DNA from: Octopus vulgaris
Taxonomy: Eukaryota
Length of the DNA: 64,000 nt
NCBI GenBank assembly: GCA_951406725.2
Contig: OX597815.1
Location: 26,722,001 to 26,786,000, forward strand
Direction: 5' to 3'
How positions within the stretch are numbered: position 1 is the stretch's first letter; each line of letters opens with the position of its first letter. Below the pieces are notes generated by a model, which saw only the letters and a program-made list of their open reading frames with translations, had not been told where the DNA came from and searched no databases. Of the stretch, positions 28,083-43,225 are shown piece by piece. A program made the translations under genes and the position numbers.

Positions 28083-31000
28083 TGAGTTAAATCATTCTCA
28101 TTTAAATGTCACAAACGTATTCTTTCTGGGGGAAAAAAATGATCATTGATACATATGGGAAATCATTCTTGGAAGAATGTCTATTGACTAGTAAAGAAAG
28201 TCATGTCATTCTCTGTGATATCTGTGGTAAATCATTCTCTGAAAGGAATGATTTGAGTAACCATAAATGTACACATACGGGAGAATAGTTGGTACTTCTT
28301 TGGAATTCCCCAAACTCTATAACTTTGAACCAATAATTTTCCTTCTTTATTCTTTTCCGATTCATATGTTTTCGATATCGGAGATTACGAATCAGCAAAA
28401 ATTTCTTTTTTTAATTTCTATTATCCCCAATTCATTTGCTTATTTTACAGTTGACAAGACACGCTGTCATGCACGAAACGACAGCTTCCAAATCCTCTTT
28501 CCTAATTGGGTAAAAATGATCAAACTTCAAACCTCTATAACTTTTTAAAAGCATTTTTCTGGAAAAAGTGAAACAAATCCAGCACTTAAGCTTGAATGTT
28601 TTCAAAAAGTCATAGTGGTTTAAAGTTTGATAACTTTCACCGAATTAGGACAGAGGATTTGGAAGCTGTCCTTTTGTGTGTGACAGTACATCTTGGAAAC
28701 TGTAAACAAAGCAAATCAATTGGTGAGGTAAGGGTTTGAAGTTAAAAAAAAATTTTTTTTTTTTCTTAATTGTGATCTCCAATATCAAAAACATAGGAAT
28801 ATGAAGAAATATGAAAAGAAAAATAATAACAGGTTGAAAAGTGACATGTGTGGAAAACCATTTTCTTGAAAAATGCTACATCTGTACACATAGGTATTCA
28901 CAACAATTGTAACTGTACCAATGTGAGAATTTATTAAAACATTGCAACAATGAAGTCTGTTTTGTCAGCTGTAATGCAGGGTTTTTCCCATCATCAATTT
29001 GAATACCATCAGTGTGAACCTCAAATCTATCATAATCTGTAAAAATATTGACTCTGAGTTAACTTAATTGCTAAAAATGCCTGTGTTTGGATTTTGAGGA
29101 AATTTGCTACAAAAGAATAATGAATAAAAAATCAGAATAAAAGCTTGACTATTTTTTGTTCATTTTGTTACTCAATATCTAGACACTGTCTCCTCTATAC
29201 GTTAAATCTCTCAACTGGCACGATGGCACACTCGTTCAATAGTAACTGTCCACCTTCCTGTTGTGGAAATTTTTGTCACCTAGGGATTTGGTGCTGATGT
29301 TACATGTCCTTACACACTGTTAAAGTGCTGCTATTAACAGTATGTTATTCAAATGCCTTGTTTCTATTGGCTCCTGAAATTTATTTGTACTCTTTTAGTC
29401 ATATATTCTTTTACTTGCTTCAGTCATTTGACTGAGGCCATGCTGAAGCACCACCTTCAAGGGTGTTAGTGGCAGAAATCAGTCGCAAGATTTAGTCTTT
29501 TGTAAGTCTAGTACTGATTTATATATCTACATATATTTACATGTGTATTTTTATATTATACGTTTAGTTGTTTCATACACAAACTAACGTGCATTTCTCT
29601 TTAGATTAAATTATTTATCCTTATTTATCTCTCCACTGATTTCGGTACCACTCTAACTTCTATAAGCTCTGCATTTTCACTTCTTTCAATTTTCAATTTA
29701 ATGTCATCCACACTCTCTTGAAAACGTATTTCTGCAAAATATGGGTAAATAAAGAAACAGCAAAAAATTTTAGGGTGGCGGGGTTTGCTGAAATTTCTAA
29801 TGCTTCCACCAGACCCCATCCCATTTTCCGAACCACAAATAAAGCGTTTTTGTGGCATAATATAAGGTCACCGGAATTCATTCAATGACACAAAGATGGT
29901 ATTTCCAACAATTCCAGGATAAGGTGAGGTTTCTCACTCACCCCAATTTCTGAACAAAAATGAGGGGTTTGCAGCATATTAAGGGTCAAGGTATTCGATT
30001 CCACGCAAAAAACCCAAGATTTTATTTTTTTCTCATTGAAAATTTTGCGGGTGAAAGAATCAAAATTGACCCCAGTGAGTAGCGCCATCTATAGGAGAAT
30101 TATGTAAGGGGAAACAACTCCAGAAGCCTGTTTAGCTTCGCGCCCATTAAATTATTAATTACGTTGATTAATTTCTCATCACTGACTCGTTGTTTATATC
30201 TGGATCTGGTAAGTTGAGCAAGATTTCCTTTCAGGCTGTAATCATGATAATAATACTACTAATGATAATGGAAGATAATAGATTTATGTGAACTTCTCTC
30301 AATGTTGGAGCAATTATTTCGAAGCGGGAACCTGACAACAATTAGGAAAATAGATTTGTTCGTCTGAATAACTTCCAAACTGAATTGTTAATCTGTTGTT
30401 TATGGGAACCTATAATCCACTGTTACATGTGGTATAAAGGAAATTAAGCGTAATGTTGACGGTGTTTCCCGGAGAGGCAATCGAGAAAAAGAAATAGTGC
30501 AACGGGTGTAAAAGAAAAAGGTGTAGAAAAGGAATCTGAAGAGAAAAGTGTGCAGAAAGCAATGAGGGTGAGAGGCCTTCGGAAAATTGACAAGATCCGA
30601 AGGTTTTCCCTCGTAACTTTTAGGGAAATTATTTTTTTGTAAGTGAAATTTTATATGAATACGTTTCAAACGGTATAGGTCACGATTATAAAGAAATTTG
30701 TGGGGAAAATGTTTTGCGATGGGGTCAGGAGAGGACTTCGGTAAATCCAATGTTTTTCCCTCGTAACTTTGAGGAAAATATAATCCTTTTGAAATAACAA
30801 ATTAAGTTTTTCCTCAGGAACTTCTATGCGAAACATCCTTTTGTCAAGATTCGTTCGTTATTGCACATGCTGTTAACTATAAACACGTGAAATATTATCA
30901 CTTATAATACACTTTCTTGATGCACATACATATTTGTGTGGAATGTAGATAATAAAATCAATGTGGCAGTTTAAACTTGAGAAAAGCCTTGAATATTTAT

Positions 31001-31867
31001 AATGTGCAAGTTATAGATGCATGTATGCATTTCTGTGCATGTGTGTGTTTTCGGCTATGGTTCCTTCGTAACTGCTTCATTTGTGTATGTAAATTTCTGA
31101 ATGCATTTATTAAGAAATAAAATAGTAAATTTAAATAATAAAAGAAGCATGCTAGGAAAGATCACTAATAATTGAGTCATGAATTCTTACCCTCTCTGTA
31201 GGATTATATGAACCCTTCGAAGTTACAGTAATCACATAGAAACATTAAGAAAATATGCTTCCTTGTCTTAGATATCTCAAACATTGATGTTTCTTTTAAA
31301 GTTATGAGTAAACGAATTTAGAGTGTAAAACATTTATGTCGTTATGCCATTCTTTCAATGCCTCAATTAACTCTGACCCCTAAAAACATTTGATAGATGA
31401 CAATGTTAAATTTTGCAACGTTGAATTAGTGTATCATCTAACTATTCTCTTTATCTTGATGTTTCTTTTCCTATTTCAGAATATCACCTTATGTTGACAC
31501 ACAAGAAACCTCTTCATTCAGATGTGCCTTTCATATTTTGACGTCGTTTCATCAACTAAAGCAAGATGACATGATTTATCAGCAACATTCATCAATACAT
31601 CAGAATTTATATGAATACAATATTTTTCTTGTCTTCACTGTTTGGAATGTAGAGGAAGTGATTGGCTTACAGGTTAATTAAGGTGGGATAACTTTACAAA
31701 CGAGTTGACAATTTTCTATCAGCTCATTTAGATATTATGAACACAGATGAAAGAAAGATAGCTCCAAATTCTTTTCTAGAAAGAGTGGCAGAACTGAAAA
31801 CAAAGATGTTTATAGAGATGAAGGAAACATTATTATTGTGATATGTATAATAAATTATTCTTTCACA

Positions 31868-32998
31868 ATGAATAATTTAACTGAAGCAAAAAGCGATGAT
31901 ACAAGAGTGAAGCAATGTTTCTGTGATATTTGTGGTAAATCATTCAATTATCATAGTCAGTTGACTACTCACAGACGTATCCATACAGGAGAAAAGCCAT
32001 TTCATTGTGATATTTGTGGTAAATCATTCGGTCGAAGCAGCAGCGTGACTAGACACAAATTTACACATACAGGAGAAAAGCCATATCATTGTGATATCTG
32101 TGGTAAATCATTCTCTCAAAGGAGTACCTTGACTGAACACAAAAGTGTTCATACAGGAGAAAAGCAATATCGTTGTGAAATCTGTGGTAAATCATTCTCT
32201 CAAAGGAGTAGCTTCACTCAGCATAAATATGTACATACAGGAGAAAAGCCATATCATTGTGATATCTGTGGTAATTCATTCTCTCAAAGGAGTAGCTTCA
32301 CTCAGCATAAATATGTACATACAGGAGAAAAGGCGTATCATTGTGAATTTTGTGGTAAATCATTCTTTAAAAGGAGTAATTTGACTCGACATAAATATAC
32401 ACATAAAGGAGACAAGGCATGTCATTGTGAAATTTGTGGTAAATCATTCTCTAAAAGGAGTCACTTGACTCGACATAAATATACACATACAGGAGAAAAG
32501 CCATATCATTGTGATATCTGTGGTAAATCATTCTCTCAACGGAGTACCTTGACTCAACACAAAACTGTTCATACAGGAGAAAAGCCATATCGTTGTGAAA
32601 TCTGTGGTAAATCATTCTCTAAAAGGAGTGAATTGACTAATCACAAACGTACACATACAGGAGAGAAGCCATATCATTGTGATATCTGTGGTAATTCATT
32701 CTCTCTAAGGAATAGCTTCACTCAGCATAAATATGTACATACAGGAGAAAAGGCATGTCATTGTGAAATCTGTGGTAAATCATTCTCTAAAAGGGGTCAT
32801 TTGACTCGACATAAATATACACATACAGGAGAAAAGCCATATCATTGTGATATCTGTGGTAAATCATTCTCTCAACGGAGTACCTTGACTCGACACAAAA
32901 CTGTTCATACAGGAGAAATGCCATATCATTGTGATATCTGTGGTAATTCATTCTCTCAAAGGAGTACTTTGACTCAACACAAACGTGTTCATACATGA
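31868..32998 (+). CDS. C2H2 zinc-finger protein, type A' (13 fingers)
   Basis: Paralog with one extra KRSELTNH finger and the same linker TGA. The frame stays open beyond it to TAG 33391. Confidence 0.88.
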   Translation: MNNLTEAKSDDTRVKQCFCDICGKSFNYHSQLTTHRRIHTGEKPFHCDICGKSFGRSSSVTRHKFTHTGEKPYHCDICGKSFSQRSTLTEHKSVHTGEKQYRCEICGKSFSQRSSFTQHKYVHTGEKPYHCDICGNSFSQRSSFTQHKYVHTGEKAYHCEFCGKSFFKRSNLTRHKYTHKGDKACHCEICGKSFSKRSHLTRHKYTHTGEKPYHCDICGKSFSQRSTLTQHKTVHTGEKPYRCEICGKSFSKRSELTNHKRTHTGEKPYHCDICGNSFSLRNSFTQHKYVHTGEKACHCEICGKSFSKRGHLTRHKYTHTGEKPYHCDICGKSFSQRSTLTRHKTVHTGEMPYHCDICGNSFSQRSTLTQHKRVHT

Positions 32999-33379
32999 GA
33001 AAAGCCATATCATTGTGATATCTGTGGTAAATCATTCTCTCAAACGAGTAGCTTTACTCAGCATAAATATTCACATACAGGAGTAAATGCATGTCATTGT
33101 GAAATCTGTGGGAAATCATTCTGTTCCAGGAGGAATTTGACTCGGCATAAATATACACATACAGGAGAAAAGGCATATCATTGTGATATTTGTGGTAAAT
33201 CATTCTCTAAAAGGAGTAACTTGACTAAGCACAGAGCATCTCTACAGAATTCTGGTAACAAAAGGATTGAAGGAAATGAATGTATTTATTCTGAAACAAG
33301 ACATATTTTGAGAACAATTCTATCAGATGACATGTGTATAAACAATGTCAGTAAAACAAATCTTGGAATCAATCACAGT

Positions 33380-34022
33380 TTAATTTTGTAGAACTTCCAA
33401 ATATACAATATTTTCAGTGTGTCCTTAAATTGGGATAGAAATAAAAAGAGTTTTGGGACTTCCAACTTGCGAACATCCTACATATAATTGCACATGAAAG
33501 AGGCAAGGTTAAGTCCAAGAACCTTGAGGTTTGTTTATGAACATAGGAAAACTTAGTTTCACTGGGAACTGGAGCCATTTAAATTCATAGGGGCGATAAA
33601 ATTGGACTAATGGGTTCCGTGGAATGAAGACATCCTCACCTTTATATTTCCCAGTGATAATTGCTGCCTCTAGGACATGGGGTTCCATTACTCTCTCTAC
33701 CATTCTGGTGCCATTGCAGAGGTGAGGTGAATCCAGATTCCTGAGCAGCATGATCGGGGCCCTTCCTTTTTAAGTGTTAAATTATGAGGTGGCATTCTAG
33801 ATGCTTGTTGAGAGTTCAGCAACTCAGTTGGAAAAACCACAGCTTGGTTCTGATCAATGAATGTTGATGGATTTGAAAGACAATTCTTGTCCTGGCAACA
33901 GCTTCAAGAGATGCCAATTCATTTTGTCGACAGCATTATTACATGGAGCCAATTCTCATAGCCATTTACCGTTGCTAAAGTTTTGTGCAATGTTTGGAAA
34001 CAAAAATTTTCAGATCATTGAG
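33380..34022 (-). mobile_element. Helitron helicase fragment, copy 4
   Basis: ORF 33509-33751 with the same motifs. Confidence 0.88.
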
Positions 34023-36230
34023 AGTTGGTGAAACCTGTGGTAAATCATTCCTTCCAAGGAGTAATTCGACTCGGCACAAACACACACACGGGAGAAAAGC
34101 CATATCATTGGAAGTTTAAAGAATGTTAACCCTTCTGATACCAACCCAGCTGGCACCCCTCTGACTTTGCTGTAAAAATGTCTTGTTATCTTAAGTTTCG
34201 AATTGAAATTTTCTACCAAACCTTAGTCACAATTTATGATCCTGAAACTAGGTTAATGATAACCACCAAGTTATTTTACAAACACAAACAATTGTTGCAC
34301 GCACTGTTCTCATACTACAGCAGACACATGTGCATGCACTCAGACACGACACTGTGCTAGCACCCATACTTTATCCTACTGTACACATCTGTAAATAAAG
34401 TCTTCTCTCTCAAACAGTAGAACGGTTGTCTTTCTCATTATTGCTTTTGGCCCTTATTCAGTTATGTCATGTATTTGGCTTCCTTTGTTAGGGCGGCGTT
34501 AAAGGAAGAAATTTCTGTCACCAACTCCTTTCGTGTGGTCTTACTCCCTACAAGGGTTTTGTGACATATTAGTAGGTCACCGGAATTCATTCAATAAAGA
34601 AAAGAAATCCCAGTGATTCCGGGATGGGGTATGGGGGTGCGATTTCTCACCCAACCCATTTTCTGAACGAAAATGAGGGGTTTGCAGCATAAGAGGTCAG
34701 GGTATTTGATTCCACACAAAAAATCCGAGATTGTTTTTTTTTTTTTCTCATTGCAAATTTTGCGGGTGAAGGGATCAAAATTGACCCCAGTGAGTAGCGC
34801 CACATATAGGAGATGTCATGTAAGGCGAAACAACTCCAATAGCACTTAATCTGCGCACCAATTAAATTATTAATTACGTTGATTAATTTCTCATCACTGA
34901 CTCGTTTATAACTGGATCGGGTAAGTTGAGCAAGATTTCCTTTAAGGCTGTAATCATGATAATAATAATACTAATGTTAATGGAAGATAATAGATATATG
35001 TGAACTTCTCTCAATGTTGGAATAATTATTTCGAAGCGGGAACCTGACAACAATTAGGAAAATAGATTTGTTCGTCTGAATAACTTCCAAATTGAAATGT
35101 TAATCTGTTGTTTATGGGAACCTATAATCCACTATTACATGTAGTATAAAGGAAATTAAGGGTAATGTTGACGTTGTTTCCCGGAGAGGAAATAGAGAAA
35201 AAGAAATAGTGCAATGGGTGTAATAGAAAAAGGTGTAGAAAAGGAATCTGAAGAGAAAAATATGCAGAAAGCAATGAGGGTGAGAGGCCCTTCAGAAAAT
35301 TGACAAGATCCGAAGGTTTTCCCTCGTAACTTTTAGGAAAATGATTTTTTTGTAAGTGAAATTTTATATGAATACGTTTCAAACGGTATAGGTCACGATT
35401 ATAAAGAAACTTGTTGGGAAAATGTTTTGCGATGGGCTCAGGAGAGGACTTCGGTAAATCCAATGTTTTTCCCTCGTAACTTTGAGGAAATGGATATCTT
35501 TCTATTTCACATCCACGTAGGGAACGAATCTGAAAACAGATTCGTTATAGCATATGCTGTTTACTATAAACACATGAAATATTATCACTAATAATGCTTT
35601 TTCGATGCACATACATATTTCTTCTCTGTATTTGTGTGGAATGTAGATAACAAAATAAATGTGGCAATTTAAAATTGAGAAAAGCCTTGCATATTTATAA
35701 TGTGCAAGTTATAGATGTATGTATGCATTTCTGTACATGTGTGTGTATGCGGTTAGGGTTCCTTCTTACTTGCTTCATTTCTATATGATTCTTTCTATAA
35801 ATAATACACGGTTGACCAGAATCCATGACTCACTTGTTCATTAAATTTTTTAATATATTATTATTCATTATTACACTTATTAAGAAATAAAATAGTAAAT
35901 TTAAATAATAAAAGAGGCATGCTAGGAAAGATGACTAATAATTGAGTCATGAATTCTTACCCTCTCTGTAGGATTATATGAACCCTTCGAAGTTACAGTA
36001 ATCACATAGAAGGGAAAACAGAAACATTGATGTTTCTTTTAAAGTTATAAGGAAACGAATTTAGAGTGTAACACATTTATGTCGTTATGCCATTCTTTCA
36101 ATGCCTCATTGAACTCCGACCCCTAAAAACATTTAATTGATGACAGTGTTCATGTTGTAAAATTTGCAACATTGAATTAGTGAATCACTTAACTATTCTC
36201 TTTATCTTGATGTTTCTTTTCCTATTTCAG

Positions 36231-36858
<628 letters not shown>

Positions 36859-38559
36859 TAGTTGGTACGTCTTTGGAATTCCCCAAACTCTATAACTTTG
36901 AACCAATAATTTTCCTTCTTTATTCTTTTCCGATTCATATGTTTTCGATATCGGAGATTACGATTCAGCAAAAATTTCTTTTTTTTAATTTCTATTATTC
37001 CCAATATATTTGCTTATTTTACAGTTGACAAGACACGCTGTCATGCACAAAACGACAGCTTCCAAATCCTGTTTCCTAATTGGGTAAAAGTTATCAAACT
37101 TCAAACCTATATAACTTTTTAAAAGCAATTTTCTGGAAAAAGTGAAACAAATCCAGCAATTAAGCTGGAATGTTTTCAAAAAGTTATAGCTGTTTAAAGT
37201 TTACTTGTGTATTTTTATATTATACGTTTAGTTGTTTCATACACAAACTAACGTGCATTTCTCTTTAGATTAATTATTTATCCTTATTCATCTCTCCACT
37301 TATTTCGGTACAACTCTAACTTCTATAAGCCCTGCATTTTCACTTATTTCAAACTTCTTTCAATTTTTCAATTTAATGTAATCCACACTCTCTTGAAAAC
37401 GTATTTCTGCAAAATGTTATCAAAAAATATGGGTAAATAAAGAAACAGCAATAAATTATGGGGTGGCGGGGTTTGCTGAAATTTCTAATGCTTCCACCAG
37501 ACCCCATCCCATTTTCCGAACCACAAATAAAGGTTTTTGTGGCATAATATAAGGTCACCGGAATTCATTCAATGACACAAAGATGGTATTTCCAACAATT
37601 CCAGGATAAGGTGAGGTTTCTCACTCACCCCAATTTCTGAACAAAAACGAGGGGCTTGCAGCATATTTAGGGTCAAGGTATTCGATTCCACGCAAAAAAC
37701 CAAGATTTTATTTTTTCGTCATTGAAAATTTTGCGGGTGAAAGAATCAAAATTGACCCCAGTAAGTACCGCCATCTATAGGAGAATTATGTAAGGGGAAA
37801 CAACTCCAGCAGCACTTTAGCTCGCGCCCATTAAATTATTAATTACGTTGATTAATTTCTCATCACTGACTCGTTGTTTATATCTGGATCTGGTAAGTTG
37901 AGCAAGATTTCCTTTCAGGATGTAATCATGATAATAATACTACTAATGATAATGGAAGATAATAGATTTATGTGAACTTCTCTCGATGTTAGAGTAATTA
38001 TTTCGAAGCGGGAACCTGACAACAGTTTAGAGTAACACATTTATGTCGTATTGCCATTCTTTCAATGCCTCAATGTACTCTGACCCCTAAAAACATTTAA
38101 TAGATGACAACGTTGAATTAGTGTATCATCTAACTATTCTCTTTATCTTGATGTTTCTTTTCCTATTTCAGAATATCACCTTATGTTGACACACAAGAAA
38201 CCTCTTCATTCAGATGTGCCTTTCATATTTTGACGTCGTTTCACCAACTAAAGCAAGATGACGTGATTTATCAGCAGCATTCATCAATACATCAAAATTT
38301 ATATGAATACAATATTCTTCATGTCTTCACTGTTTGGAATGTAGAGGAAGTGATTGCCTTACAGGTTAATTAAGGTGGGATAACTTTACAAACAAGTTGA
38401 CGATTTTCTATCAGCTCATTTAGATATTATGATCACAGATGGAAGAAAGATAGCTGCAAATTCTTTTCTAGATAGAGTGGCAGAACTGAAAACAAAGATA
38501 TTTATAGAGATGAAGGAAACATTATTATTGTGATATGTATAATAAATTATTCTTTCACA

Positions 38560-39558
38560 ATGAATAAATTAACTGAAGCAAAAAGCGATGATACAAGAGT
38601 GAAACAATATTTCTGTGACATTTGTGGTAAATTATTCCATTCTAGTAGTCACTTGACTAGTCACAGACGTATCCATACTGGAGAAAAGCCATATCATTGT
38701 GATATCTGTGGTAAATCATTCTCACATAGTAGTGGCTTGACTATGCACAAACGAACACATACAGGGGAAAAGCCATATTGTTGTGAAATCTGTGGTAAAT
38801 CATTCTGTGCAAGTAGTGACTTGACTAAGCATAATCGTACACATACAGGAGAAAAGCCATTTAATTGTGATATCTGTGGTAAATCGTTCTCTGAAAGGGG
38901 GTCCTTGAATCACCACAAACATGTTCATACAGGAGAAAGGCCATATTGTTGTGAAATCTGTGGTAAATCATTCTGTCAAATGAGTGACTTGACTAAGCAC
39001 AATCGTACCCATACAGGAGAAAGGCCATATCATTGTGATATCTGTGGTGTATCATTCTGTGACAGGAGTAATTTGACTCGGCATAAATATACACATACAG
39101 GAGAAGAGCCATGTCAATGTGATATTTGTGGTAAATCAATCTGTCGAAGCATTGACATGACTAGACACAAACGTACTCATACAGGGGAAAAGCCATATCA
39201 TTGTGATATCTGTGGTAAATCATTCCCTGAAAGAAATAACTTGACTATGCACAAATATACACATACAGGAGAAAAGCCATATCATTGTGATATCTGTGGT
39301 AAATCATTCTCTCAAAGAAATAACTTGCCTACGCACAAACGTACACATACCGGAGAAAAGCCATATCATTGTGATATCTGTGGTAAATCATTCTCTGTAA
39401 GGAGTAATTTCACTACACACACACGTACACATACAGGAGAAAAGCCATATCATTGTGAAATCTGTGGTAAATCATTCTCTGTAAGGTGTAACTTGACTAC
39501 ACACAGATGTACACTTACAGGAGAAAAGCCAAATCATTGGAAGTTTAAAGAATGTTAA
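38560..39558 (+). CDS. C2H2 zinc-finger protein, type B-like (10 fingers + 1 degenerate)
   Basis: Shares N-terminus and fingers (DRSNLTR, SDLTKHNR) with the gene at 10505; ends HWKFKEC*. Confidence 0.88.
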   Translation: MNKLTEAKSDDTRVKQYFCDICGKLFHSSSHLTSHRRIHTGEKPYHCDICGKSFSHSSGLTMHKRTHTGEKPYCCEICGKSFCASSDLTKHNRTHTGEKPFNCDICGKSFSERGSLNHHKHVHTGERPYCCEICGKSFCQMSDLTKHNRTHTGERPYHCDICGVSFCDRSNLTRHKYTHTGEEPCQCDICGKSICRSIDMTRHKRTHTGEKPYHCDICGKSFPERNNLTMHKYTHTGEKPYHCDICGKSFSQRNNLPTHKRTHTGEKPYHCDICGKSFSVRSNFTTHTRTHTGEKPYHCEICGKSFSVRCNLTTHRCTLTGEKPNHWKFKEC

Positions 39559-39783
39559 CCCTTCTGATACCAACCCAGCTGGCACCCCCTTTGAATCTGC
39601 TGTAAAAATTTCATGTTTTCTTAAGTTTTGAATTTAAATTTTCCACTATACCTTAGTCACAGTTTATGATCCTAAAACTAGGTTGATAGTAATCGCCAAT
39701 TTATTTTATGAAGCTGTTCTTTGTATTTATAATGAATTAAAAGACGAAAAGAGCATCTCTACAGAATTATAGTAACAAATGGG
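39559..39783. mobile_element. TTAA-targeting (piggyBac-like) MITE, ~225 bp
   Basis: Ends read TTAA|CCCTTCTGATACC ... TAGTAACAAATGGG|TTGA. Left halves follow each orphan finger, right ends are fused to type A genes, and another copy lies at ~46423-46614. Confidence 0.7.
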
Positions 39784-39892
39784 TTGAAGGAAATGAATGT
39801 ATTTATTCTGAAACAAGACATATTTTGAGAACAATTCTATCAGAACGTATATAAACAATATCAGTAAAAGAAATCTTGAAATCAATCACAGT

Positions 39893-40918
39893 TTAATTTT
39901 GTAGAACTTCCAAATATACAATGTTTTCAGTGTGTCCTTTAATTGGGATAGAAATAAAAAGAGTTTCAGGACTTCCAACTTGCAAACATCCTACATATAA
40001 TTGCCCATGAAAGAAGCAAGGTTAAGTCCAAGAACCTTGAGAGATTGTCTTTGAGATTTGTTTATGAGCATAGCAAAACTTGGTTTCACTGGGAACTGGA
40101 GCCATTTAAATTGATAGGGGAGATAAGATGGTACTAATTACATCCGTGGAATGAAGACATCCTCACCTTTATATTTCCCTGTGATAATTGTTGCCTCTAA
40201 GACATAGGGTTCCATTGCTTTCACTACCATTTGTCCTATGAAGAAAGGCTGAAGACGCTCGACCTTTATTCTCTAGAAAAACGATGACGCCGTGGTTTTC
40301 TCATTCTTGCTCACAACATCATAAGCAGAAAGTGTAACATCTCAAAAGAGCTGTTCTTCACTCCTGCTCCAGAGCGTGGGCTGTGGGGTCACTCCAATAA
40401 GCTCTATCTGTGACGATTTCATCTCAATCGAAGGAGAGTGGCGTTGTCCCTCCGTGTTGCGGATCTGTGGAATAAGCTGCCGGACAAGATAGTGAAGATG
40501 CCGACGACCGCTCGGTTCAAAGTCTCTCTTGACCAGAAATGGCCTGAACTCTTTGCATGAACACCCTCCCTGCACATAACTCCATGTCTCCCTACATGGC
40601 CTTGCATTTTGAGCAAAAAAATTAACTTAACTTAACTTAACTAACCATTCTGGTGCCATTGCAGAGGTGAGGTGGATCCAGATTCCTGAGCAGCATGATC
40701 GGGGCTCTGCCTTTGTAAGTGTTAAGTTGTGAGGTGGCATTCTGATCGATCAATGAATGTTGATGGATTTGAAAGACAATTCTTGTCCTGGCAACAGCTT
40801 CAAGAGATGCCAATTCATTTTGTTGGCAGCATCATTACATGGATCTAATTCACATAGTCATTTACCGTTGCTAAAGTTTTGTGCAATGTTTGGAAATAAA
40901 AATTTTCAGATCATTGAG
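39893..40918 (-). mobile_element. Helitron helicase fragment, copy 5 (more diverged, interrupted by CR1)
   Basis: Homologous to 7074-7715, with an insertion at 40232-40643. Confidence 0.82.
40232..40643 (+). mobile_element. CR1/L2-clade LINE 3' fragment
   Basis: Translates to SYEERLKTLDLYSLEKR*RRG.LI, GHSNKL and SLRVADLWNKLP (CR1 ORF2 C-terminus). It has a (TTAAC)n tail and a candidate TSD ACCATT at 40226-40231 / 40644-40649. Confidence 0.85.
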
Positions 40919-43086
40919 AGTTGGTGAAACCTGTGGTAAATCATTCCTTCCAAGGAGTAATTCAACTCGGCACAAACACACACACGGGAGAAAAGCCATA
41001 TCATTGGAAGTTTAAAGAATGTTAACCCTTCTGATACCAACCCAGCTGGCACCCCTCTGACTTTGCTGTAAAAATGTCTTGTTATCTTAAGTTTCGAATT
41101 GAAATTTTCTACCAAACCTTAGTCACAATTTATGATCCTGAAACTAGGTTAATGATAATCACCAAGTTATTTTACAAACACACAAACACAAACAATTGTT
41201 GCATGCACTGTTCTCATACTACAGCAGACACTTATACATGCACTCGGACATGACACTGTGCTAGCACCCATACTTTATCCTACTGTACACATCTGTAAAT
41301 AAAGTCTTCTCTCAAACAGTAGAACGGTTGTCGTCTTCATTATTGCTTTTGGCACTTTTTCAGTTATGTCATGTATTTGGCTTGTTCTGTTAGGGCGGCC
41401 GTGCGGCGTTAAAGGAAGAAATTTCTGTCACCAACTCCTTTCGTGTGGTCTTACTCCCTACAAGGGTTTTGTGACATATTAGTAGGTCACCGGAATTCAT
41501 TCAATAAAGAAAAGAAATCCCAGTGATTCCGGGATGAGGTGTGGGGGTGCGATTTCTCACCCAACCCATTTTCTGAACAAAAATGAGGGGTTTGCAGCAT
41601 ATTAAGAGGTCAGGGTATTTCATTCCACAGAAAAAATCTGAGATTTTTTTTTTTTTTTCTCATTGCAAATTTTGCGGGTGAAAGAATCAAAATTGACCCC
41701 AGTGAGTAGCGCCACCTATAGGAGAGGTCATGTAAGGGGAAGCAACTCCAGCTGCACTTGATCTTCGCGCCAATTGAGTTGTTAATTACGTTGATTAATT
41801 TCTCATCACTGACTCGTTGTTTATAACTGGATCGGGTAAGTTGAGCAAGATTTCCTTTAAGGCTGTAATCATGATAATAATACTACTAATGTTAATGGAA
41901 GATAATATATTTATGTGAACTCCTCTCGATGTTGGAGTAATTATTTCGAAGCGGGAACCTGAGAGGAAATCGAGAAAAAGAAATAGTGCAACGGGTATAA
42001 AAGAAAAAGGTGTAGAAAAGGAATCTGAAGAGAAAAATATGCAGAAAGCAATGAGGGTGAGAGGCCTTCGGAAAATTGACAAGATCCGAAGATTTTAGGG
42101 AAATGGGTTTTTATTTTTTTGTAAATGAAATTTAACATAAATACGTTTAAAACGTTATAGGTCACGATTATAAAGAAACTTGTTGGGAAAATGTTTTGCG
42201 AAGGGGTCAGGAGAGGACTTCGAAAAATCCGAAGTTTTCCCCTCGTAACTTTGAGGAAAATATAATCCTTTTGAAATAATAAATTAAGTTTTTCCAGAGC
42301 AACTTGTATGCTAAGCATCCTTTTGTCAAGATTCATTCGTTAGTCCCCCTTTCGTTATAGCACATGCTGTTAACTATAAACACATGAAATATTATCACTT
42401 ATAATACACTTTCTTGATGCACTTACATATTTCTGCTCTGTATTTGTGTGGAATGTAGATAACAAAATAAATGTCACAGTTTAAACTTGAGAAAAGCCTT
42501 GAATATTTATAATGTGCAAGTTATAGATGTATGTATGCATTTCTGTGCATGTGTGTGTTTTCGGCTAGGGTTCCTTCTTAGCTGCTTCATTTGTGTATGT
42601 AAATTTCTAAAAAGATAAAAGGAGATCGATGTCAAAAAAGCTGTATTACTGATGATATAGAATAAGCAAGTTAAGAAAGATTACTAATAATTACCAACAA
42701 CAACACTGAACACCTTTTTGATCTCCATGTTTCTAACACACGTGGACATGCCTACAAAGTCAGAAAACAACACAGCTCCCATGACTTTCGGAAACATTTT
42801 TTCACGCTCAGAGTTGCTGAAGCATGGAATAAACTGCCTGCGTCAGTTGTTAACTGCCATGACACTGCATCATTTAAGGCCCTCATGCTTTCCGAAATCC
42901 GCCGAAACTACACCTGATTATATATACACTTTAGATGAGTTGTAGTGCACCTGTATTATTATTATTATTATTATAATTGAGTAAAACTATATGAAACCAC
43001 CCTTTGAAGTTACAGTAATCTCATAGAATTAAGAACATAGCAACATTGAGAAAATATGATTCCTCGTCTTGGATATATCAAACATT

Positions 43087-43225
43087 TACGATCCTTCGTT
43101 ATAGGTACCGGAAGTGGCTTTGTTTACATTTCTGAGGATAACAGAAACCCTTTTCTGTCCGTCCCCCCCATATATAAAAAAACACTTTCTTGAAATGTAT
43201 CCGGTACCTGTACCGAAGTTACGCC
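43087..43225. mobile_element. ~140-bp MITE with an 8-bp TSD (second copy 52826-52967)
   Basis: Inverted repeat CTTCGTTATAGGTACCGGA / TCCGGTACCTGTACCGAAG. The TSD is CAAACATT/CAAATATT here and a perfect AATGTTTG in the second copy. It is absent from other paralogs. Confidence 0.75.
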
